Shown in pieces: positions 54,895-64,000 of a DNA stretch of 64,000 bases. The notes below the pieces were generated by a model. It did not search any database and was not told the DNA's origin. It worked only from the letters and a program-made list of their open reading frames with translations. The stretch is from Tubulanus polymorphus. Taxonomy: Eukaryota > Animalia > Nemertea. Where the stretch lies: NCBI RefSeq assembly GCF_964204645.1, contig NC_134031.1, positions 992,001 through 1,056,000 of the forward strand. The letters run 5' to 3'. Every line of letters starts with the position of its first letter. Position 1 is the stretch's first letter. Position numbers and translations under genes: made by a program.

Positions 54895-57326
54895 TATGAT
54901 TGATGAAACTGTGTCAACTATTCCTGCTCTCAGCGACCCCTGTCGAGAGGAAATCAGTCTGTCTGACACATCAAACTTCCTGTGTCTGTCCCATTGAGCT
55001 CGTGCCGGCGCCGGTTTCGATATTTCAGGAAGTTGAGTGAAATCGCTTTGAGAATAAAATCGTCTTCTTAATAGAGACGTATAGGAAAAAAATGTTTCGG
55101 TTGTTGAATGTAGCGAAAAAAAAGTCAAGTAGTGGTGTCAACTTTACTGTGTTGTATAAAACGTATTTGACAGACCTGAAATAGGCATTCAATGCATTTA
55201 GTGATCTTTGTCTCTCAGTCATTTATCATCTTGAGCTGGGTTCTGAGCCCAGTTCGACAGTAGGTTACGATTGTAGGTTTGACACTCTAAAGATCCATTA
55301 TAATCTGGGTTCACATCCGACTTAAGAGTTGATACATTCGAAAATGGACTGATTTCAACTCTGACTAAGTCTTACAACTTTGAAACTGGGTCCAGGGTCC
55401 TTCTAATATTCTATAACAGAACTCCTAGGGAATTTCACAGATGTGAGTTAAGATTTGATTCGATGTTTACCTCTGAAATTGAACTGATTTTACTCGCAAC
55501 CGTGAAACGGTAGACCAGCAGCCAGCTGGGCGGGTCGACATCCGTTTAGATATTTTATCTCCTTTGACATGAATCGATCGTACTGACCGACCGAATACAA
55601 CCACTTTCTGACGTTAAACGAATACAGCATGTATCGTCTGCACTATCGCCGTATCTCGTGAGTTTATTTCATTAGCGGCTAACTTCATTTTCCGCTCAGG
55701 TGCTTTGTAATGTTTAAATTGGTACACCGGTTGATTGGCGCGAGTACGTCTCACGACGCATTTCATCAATTTTACGCACAGGATTTATGTCAACTGAGAA
55801 TAATGAAGATTGACGTGTCCAACTCCGAGTCGAGTCGAGTCGAGTCGAGTCGAGTAAACCATCGCTCTGTCTATAGATTAGCGAGGTAAACCCTTCTATC
55901 ATAGTTTGTATAAAGGGTCGAATAAATGTCGTCAAAAAGAACTGATGAATTCACGACGAGTCTGATACAAATTTCAATAACTAATTCTAAAATATCGATT
56001 ACTAGAATTATGTCGATTCGTTTATACATCATTTTAGCGACTTCTAACGACTAAGAGAATTGACAGTGAAATTGGGCCAATAGAACCAGTCCACCTGTCC
56101 AGCAGTTATACAGCTTGTCCTATATGCGTAACAAAGTCGTCAAAACGGTTTTAATAATCTAATAATTTTTGTCAAAAACCGGTTTCCTTTGCATCAGTTC
56201 AAGCAAAACGACGAAGTCAAACAATCGTGTATCAATTAATGCAACTAAATTGACCCCATGTCCACTAATGACATCGTTAGCGATGACAGTAAACGATGAG
56301 ATTAGATAATAATCAGTTGAATTCCTTTTTGATACGAGTTGATACTAGAAATTTGGGCTTAAAGCGTAAACAACCCGCTGAATGAAAAACCCGCATATAA
56401 AAAAAGGAACTTATGAAAAGGCAAATTCATCACAGGGAAGTAATTTCAAACTACCAGGAGTGATATTGATTTATTTTGATATTAAGGATAGTACAACCAC
56501 TCGTAATTTTACATAGTAGATCGTCCTATTGCCGGAAAGCGATCAGCGTGAGTTGGATTTAAAATCTACTGTAACTAAAGAGTTTATTTCATGACGGAAT
56601 AGAAATGAGGAATAGTGAAAGTGCCGACAGCGGATATGCTGTAGATGATGAAGATTACAATTTATCAAGCCGAAAGAATTGTTCGATCTCGAGTGAGTAA
56701 ATGGGGCTACTCAATAAATTTAGTGGAAAGGTTATCAAAATTCTCAAAATAACTGGGAACCTGAACATTTTATTTTGGCTAAACTAAATACTAACATGGA
56801 AGACCTCACTGAGATGAGGTCATTAACAGGCATGACCTCACGAGGTTGACTAGGTGCTGCGTTGCTGCAGTGATGATCCTCACCGTTCCGATGCAGCCGT
56901 ATCGCTTCTATCATTGTCGGTTTCGGTCGTTATGTTCAGCGGTCAATGATTGATCATGATTTTTTTATGATCTACAATACATTTATTCTCGGCGGGGATC
57001 GATTTTTTCTCATCTCAAAAACAACCGTATCGGACACGCGGAATTCCACGGACAGACGGAGACGCGTAAGCCCGGTGGAATTCCACACTAACTCCTCCAT
57101 CATCGATATTGTCAATATATGCCTCGGAAAAAATACTGTTTGATACGAGTAATATTCGGTACATGGCTATTAGTTTGCATTGATCGGATGAAAGGCTTAC
57201 ATCGGCTTTTTCAATCAAATTGATTTATTGATTGATTGATCACCGGAATGGAAATAAAATACATATCCACATATTCGCATTGCTCGCTGTCCGTTAAGAT
57301 GCTGTCGTTGTCAGTGTAGGTTGTCG

Positions 57327-57485
57327 ATCAGTGCACAGTCCCGAGGGCTGCACCAGTCTTTAAAACATCAGCGCGATGCCTCGAGGGCTGCTGCGATCTG
57401 TAAGACATCAGCGCGGCGCCTCAGGGCTGCTCCGGGTTTTTAAACATCAGCGCGACGCCTCAAGGGCTGCTCCGGTCTTTTAACA
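57327..57485. repeat. Degenerate ~40-bp tandem repeat, ~4 copies
   Basis: ACATCAGCGCG..AGGGCTGCT at 57365, 57405 and 57444. Confidence 0.8.
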
Positions 57486-59055
57486 CGCTTTATGGGTTGT
57501 AGCGTCCATTTAGTCCGGTTTCCGATTTGAGTCGTGTTCTTTGCAGTCAATAAATTGGTTTAAATTTACCGATAATTAGGACTCATAATCAGTTACATAG
57601 ATGGGATAAGTTAAAAACATGTTTAACTTTCTTTACGTCGTCTTGGATCTTGGTCACTTTCCAGACTAACCCTGTATTGGACGAGTGTCCTTAAATGTTG
57701 CCGGCAGGACTCGAACCCGTTTGTCACGAGATGCCCCTTCTTCCAAGCGTCATCGTTTATGGCAGACGTGTTATCAGTGACGTCGTCGGCAGTTTGAATA
57801 TTCAGACTTCGTCCTGACGTTGAATCTGGAATCTCTGCTCAGATCAATAGAGACTGAGACGGACACAGAGACTTCACGTCAAAACCAAACCTTACCTCGA
57901 GACGTTGACTTTTGTTTGCGCTTTGTGTCCGTCGGTTTCTTTCGAACTTGATAAGCGACTGAAAGTAATATCAGTGGTGCGTGGTGGGAATATTCAGAAA
58001 GTTTTCGGCAGAAAAAGCTAACTCGAGAATTCCAGTCGCGCGTGTTAGGTCACATTCAGACAGACAGTGTTTGTTAATGAAATCATCAATGATGTACACA
58101 AGCGACGGAAGTGATTTCGAGTTTGCGCAATTAACAATCGATGTCTCGTTACATCTCGCGAGACGAGACGAGACTAATTTCTTCTCAGCCACTGAGAGTT
58201 TATATCGAATATGAAAATGATGAATTTTGATTGCATTCCGTGGCACGCAGTTTCGCGTCGTCATTATTCAACATTACCTGGAGATGAATAACCTGATAAC
58301 GGCTGTTGAATTCAAACATGAACTCAAGAATTTACGATTCAAACGAACTTTACTGTATTCGTATTGAGTTCAATGGTTGAATAGCAGACGTTTCTGATCA
58401 GGTCTGACAGAAAATTGTATACTGAAATCTCCAATTAAGTACTCCAATTTCAACAAAAAATAGTTCTGTTAAACTCAATCGACCGTCCAGTTATCTGTTA
58501 TATCCGATTTCAAAATCTGAATCCCTGTTTCAATCGTGAAGTCGGTTTGTAACACGCCAAATGAGTATAAAACAAATAAAATCAATCAGTTTATCAAATA
58601 AATAAGATGATCGCTTCAGGTAGATAGAGAGGGCGGCTCCGTCAAAAAAAAGGGATTTTCTCAATTTTTCGGATCCAATTTCAGATCTCAGACTTTAGGG
58701 TTAAAACTATTTTGTACTCATTCAGTCAGATTCAACCCACAACTGCGCTGAATCTTATCCTAAGCAGTGATCGCGATTAACTAGTTTCGAAACTCTTTTT
58801 TACCATGCTCGTTTTCTAGTCGACTCTTTAAAATCCTGTTTGTGGTTTACTGATACAATCACCGGAGATTGTGTGTATGTCGCATCCTGGATGTCTAGGG
58901 TTCTGTAATGTCCCGATCAACTTGTCTGTTTCACTTTTCTTCCTCTGAAGACTTGTATCGGGTGTCGGTAGTCGTGTTGCTAAGCTCGTATTACCTGTAA
59001 TTGACGTCATCGCTTCTATTTACTTCTTCCCTGTTCATCGTTAGATCCAGCGCGC

Positions 59056-59107
59056 ATGACAACCGCTGCTAACCCGATAAATCTCTTCTCGCAACCACCA
59101 ATTGCAG
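59056..59107 (+). CDS. Candidate alternative first coding exon MTTAANPINLFSQPPIA (phase 1)
   Basis: ATG to CAG|GTAGCG donor; 52 nt = 17 codons + 1. The in-frame upstream stop overlaps a CRE at 59002-59009. Confidence 0.35.
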
Positions 59108-59271
59108 GTAGCGATAATTCGCGGTCTGCGGACTCCTTGCTTTGATTTATTTGAAGCCTATACCGATTATTAAGAAATGATTTAAAGGTTAACCATTGAT
59201 GAAACACAGATAACAAACCTTGTTGTTACGAATATAAAATCCCACCAAGAAAAGTCCGGCGTTTTCTTTGA

Positions 59272-59450
59272 GTTCATTCGTCGTTTCGACTATATCATCT
59301 TCAGGAATACTGAATTCCTTGAGCTGGTAGTTTATTCAACGTGTCGACTATATCCTAATAGACATCTCCAGGAATACTGGTATCTTTAATACTGGAATGT
59401 TGAGGTATTCCTGAAGTTGACCGCTATGATACTGGCCGAAACGTAATAAA
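59272..59450. ncRNA. Cluster of three hammerhead-like motifs (59272-59311 -, 59330-59378 -, 59405-59450 +)
   Basis: GTATTC-CTGAAGA-TGATATAGTC-GAAAC-GAC-GAATG; AGTATTC-CTGGAGA-TGTCTATTAGGATATAGTC-GACAC-GTT-GAATA; GTATTC-CTGAAGT-TGACC..GGCC-GAAAC-GTA-ATAAA. The first two are clear homologs of 15097-15144. Confidence 0.55.
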
Positions 59451-60489
59451 TCATTAGCTCCAGCAAACGTTTAAAACCTTTTTTTCTTTCTGAATGTCGA
59501 ATTCGATATTATGATATCAAGGTTCCTTCTCCTCCAATGTCACGATAATATTTGTTGTATTTTTACCCCAATCCTGTCTTCGTGTATTTATCTCGAATCG
59601 ACAGAGATCGCGAATATTTCGAGTACGTTGACACTAGATTCACCAGCGTCCATCGATCTAGTAATGCGCACAGATATTCTACGATATTCCTAGTAATTGT
59701 AAAAATGAATCTACTTTATTTGCTTCCTGGCAGATTTTGCCGCCGCCGATGATGATATTTTTCATTTCACTTCATGTAGGAGTTTTTGCTTATTTTTTCA
59801 ACCTTGTCCTCGATTCCTACCAGCTTTCGATCAATAGTCATCTTATACCTGACGGTAAAACTGTTTACCGATACCGGCGGCTGAAGTGTTTCTAGTGTAT
59901 CACACGATGAAATTATTCGGTATTTGATTGGCTCGTAAAGTGTGTTGTTTAGTGAATGATTACTAGTGAAGCAATGTCTTAAACATCGACATCAATGAAT
60001 TGACCAACTGGGACTAGTCAATCACTACTACGTACAATCAGTCTATATGTAATAGGTCCCCGGTAGCTCGTTCGTTTTCAAAATCATTCGGTCATTCTAT
60101 AACCTGAAATGAACGGTGCGTCAGATTCTCAACCCGCTGGGAAATCATTCACCTGCTCCAGGATTACTATACAATATCTACTCGCGATATAGTAAAATGA
60201 AAGCTGTAGATTTATAAGATATGCATAAAGCAATGTAATCAGGATGGACTGGCGGTTGTCGTTGATCTACACGCAGAACTGCCAACTGTTCCTGATTTGC
60301 GGTATTTGTTACTTAGTCTTTACTTGTAACGAGAAATACTGATTTGATTCTTGTAATGCATACAGAAATATGAAAAATGTTTCTGAGGCTCTTACTGTTG
60401 ACTGAATGAATGATTTATTTACTTATAATATGTACAAGATTATAAACATAGTTTCTTTGGATATGATTGCATAGATAAATAGACATATA

Positions 60490-60879
<390 letters not shown>

Positions 60880-62849
60880 TACTGATTAATTTGAAGATTT
60901 TCAATTTGTTACTGATAAAACTTAACAGAGATTGGCTAGCCCTGTACATACACCAGTGACTTGTACATTCATCAGTTTGTCCGGATCTCATGGTCGCAAA
61001 TCAGCCCCAATATCCGGATCCTAACATCGCGCATGCTCATTGCAATATTCACAAATGATATCAATCTTCAAACGCAATTGATGATGAAATTTATTCAGAC
61101 TCACGAATTGATAGCTGAATCCGGTTAATGGTTTCGCCCGATGATTATATACTTATCGTATCGTTCTTGCGATCTTAACGAGGCGTTTATTGGAGCCTAC
61201 AGTTTCGCTCGGGGTTGCTACTCTCAGAAACTGGACATTTCAATAAATTGGCCAATCAGAGTGTCTGGCTCTTAATCAAAATTCAAACTATTTTGACAAC
61301 CTGTATAACAGGTGAGGGGTGGTCGAAGGTACAGTAACGGATACGTCTTAACTGCGTACAAGCTCTCACGAACGGTAAAACAGTAAAATTTTATCGATCG
61401 TTCGCTGTTAAAGTATTGATGTGTTTCAGCACGAAAACTGCCAATAAATCTAACCTTGCGCTTGTAGACCATGTATCATATTTGACAACGGTTCAATAGA
61501 GTCGTCTACCGATTCGATTTCCGACTTAAAACCAGATCCGAACTAATTCATTTTTCTGACTCAGTCTATTGCGAGATTGCTGATTGTGTGCAAAACGAAA
61601 AGAAAAAAAGTGCAGTCATTGTGTTTGTTCTTACGTAACCTATAAAACTCTCGACATTCAGTAAAAAGAAGATTCTGATTCTGGACCGATCTGCGGTCTC
61701 AACCTCACTCAGCCGTGCTGAACTTCCGGTTTCTATTATGACCTTGATGATTTACGATGACGTCATGACCGCGTCACAATCGATGACATCATGGCCATGA
61801 TTTTGTAACAAATTTTGATACCAGTTTCTTTCAAAGACATTTACGTATCTCATAGCCCTGCCTTATTGCACCCTGAAAGGCGCGGATCGCTGTAAAACAC
61901 AAACCGCGATGGCGTTGCATTCACGAAACGACGACGCTTATCGTGTTAAGGTCGAATGGATCTTTGATTCACCGACGCGAACAGAAATCAGGGTCATTAC
62001 CATTGTACATAGATTCGTCTGCTGACATTTTGTGTGATTTGTATTGATTCAATGCTTAATCTTTGCCAGATCGGCGTCAGAGATCGGCGCTCGCGAACTG
62101 GCAATGACAGTGATAATGGTATTTAGTGTACGGTTCCGCGATATCGCTAGCTAATTGCGCGCATTGACTGAGCGTGTGAAAATCTAATTTATGATTATTG
62201 TCTCTCGCAGTCGGCATTATAGTCATAGATTTAATTAACGAGTAAATAAGTCATTCTGGGACCTTATCTTAACCTCTCTCTCTCTCTCTGCCTCACACTC
62301 ATCGCCTTCCGCAGTGATTAGGGAAATGCCCATCGCGTATTGGAGGAGAGGACTGAATGCATCGTTTCTGAATTTTCTGAATTTTGGAACCCCTTATTAA
62401 GATGAAGTGATTTACAAGTTCCACGGTTCAGAATCCAATTCAACGGTTCAGGGTCCAGTTCTACAGTTCTGGATTCAGTTCCATGGTTCGGGATCCAAGT
62501 CTGAAACTCTGCTCTTGGTTAAGATTTGATTCAAACTTAATTGGAAAATTGTAGAACTACATCTGAAGTTCGTAGCTTGGGTTCTGATAATCAGTGAACA
62601 TGAGAAAAATCCCACAATAATTCAGCCATAAGATGTAAAGTTATTGAGTCAAATCGCATATATTTTGAGCAGTTTCGGCTAAAAACTGTTTCGTCATCAT
62701 CAGTGTTCAGCCGAAATGTTGCTCTAAATAATTTACGGATATTGTGTATCTCCGCGACTTATTCTATGAACATGTTTCCAACTCTTTTCAACTGTAATTA
62801 ATTCAATATATTCTAATCATATATTTTCTGTGTCTTGTTCTATTTTCAG

Positions 62850-63111
62850 TACCTGTCAGACTACCGAATAGTTCCACAATGATCGGAGCTGCTGGTAGCA
62901 GACATGTCTCGCAGAGACGACGATCCTCACTTGCCAGCCTTCCGCCCACATCGCTCAATTTATTCCGCCAGAATTTGGGCGGGATCGCGGAAGGGGACGA
63001 GGAACAGGTCAAATTGCCGTCGATACCACGGCGTCGGGCTGTTGACCGGTCGGATTACCGAACATGCGCGTTACTTCAACAACAGCTGAAAAATATCAAA
63101 ACCTACCCAGA
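62850..63111 (+). CDS. Coding exon of an unidentified gene (phase 1 in, phase 2 out): (V)PVRLPNSSTMIGAAGSRHVSQRRRSSLASLPPTSLNLFRQNLGGIAEGDEEQVKLPSIPRRRAVDRSDYRTCALLQQQLKNIKTYP(D/E)
   Basis: Strong acceptor (tgtgtcttgttctattttcag|) and strong donor (|gtaagt at 63112). One frame is open across all 262 nt, GC is raised relative to the flanks, and the composition is protein-like with a PKA-type RRRSS site. Confidence 0.75.
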
Positions 63112-63136
63112 GTAAGTACTAACTTTAAATCATTAA

Positions 63137-63502
63137 AACCGCGCGATCACTTGAACGTTTTTGGCCGGTACCTGATTAGGCGCCCGGGCAACCGTTCACA
63201 GCCGTCCACAATGATGCTGAATGGGTCCTTGCGTGTTTGACATGCGATAAATTTAGCTCAACCAAAAACATCGGACGAGATCCGTGCCAAATTTGAGCAT
63301 TGACCGATTCATCGCGTGCGAATTCTCCGAACTGGATGCTGACTCCCCTCACTTGCCACAGCATCGTTTCGATATCATTTTAGTATCGAGTGAGTGATTT
63401 AAATGTGAACGCGCTCTCTAAAAAGGCACGAGCAGATTTTGACTCGGGTCTGGTCCGGAGCAGTTTGACCCTGGCTAAATCGTCTCCTTGTGATCGCCGG
63501 TT
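63137..63502. mobile_element. Non-autonomous TIR element
   Basis: Termini AACCGCGCGATCAC / GTGATCGCCGGTT; internal CGTTCACA..TGTGAACG inverted pair; colinear homolog at 13779-14050. Confidence 0.65.
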
Positions 63503-64000
63503 ATATCTTATCGCACTGTGATAAATGTTATGTGGAAAGGAATGGCGACGGCGACGGCGACGGTCGGTCGGTCGGTCGGTCGGTCACTGCGTGCAGTGAG
63601 AATGAATATTTAGTTTTATGTATAACGTCAGCACTTGAACAGTTTCTCACGGCGAATGAAAAACACTTTCTGTGTTACTGGCGTCGACGACAACGAAATG
63701 AATTATTTTTTCCCTATTTACCGACATGACGTGGGTGACAAGTGGAGTGTGCGCGCCCAGCAGCAGCCGGAGCGCACACCGGCGGCACACACCGGCTCAC
63801 CGTCAGTGTCGAAACTATGGTAACCACCAGCAATTTATATCATTTAGCTTTGGCAGCACTAAAAAACCGCTGAGTCAATCCGTCACCAACCGAATGGACA
63901 CGCCCAACTGTAAGGATTAGCGTGAGGTTCAATGGCATATTGCGTGTTTCAATTCGAATTACTGGGTTTTTATGTTCTTTTGATAACTGAATCTAAGAGC

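Noticed and set aside
57690-57725. Isolated B box GGTTCGAGTCC on the - strand
   Set aside because: No convincing A box or cloverleaf; at most a SINE fragment.
62850-63111. Assigning a gene symbol (e.g. a phosphodiesterase) to the exon
   Set aside because: Only circumstantial hints (CREs, RRRSS, several first exons); no diagnostic domain in the window.

Overview
Eukaryotic DNA, most likely an invertebrate metazoan (AT-rich, CpG not obviously depleted, many microsatellites, spliceosomal-type signals). It is mostly intergenic or intronic. Best-supported features: an intact tRNA-Asp(GTC) gene with a Pol III terminator (2270-2341, -), and one clean + strand coding exon (62850-63111) of an unidentified gene, with candidate phase-compatible first exons at 34524 and 59056. 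Also present are many MITEs (several with CWG target duplications), tRNA-derived SINE heads, and mini- and microsatellites; these repeats generate almost all the long ORFs in the track. Two signals are not visible in the ORF track. (1) A decayed endogenous CRESS-DNA (circovirus-like) virus element at ~51500-52920: an Arg-rich capsid N-terminus broken by CGA>TGA changes, capsid-like core motifs, a possible Rep helicase tail just upstream, and a second diverged capsid fragment at ~49310-49590 rich in synonymous differences. (2) A dispersed family of minimal type-I hammerhead-ribozyme-like motifs of the Penelope-element type, often in inverted clusters. All family assignments come from motif recognition by eye; no searches were run.
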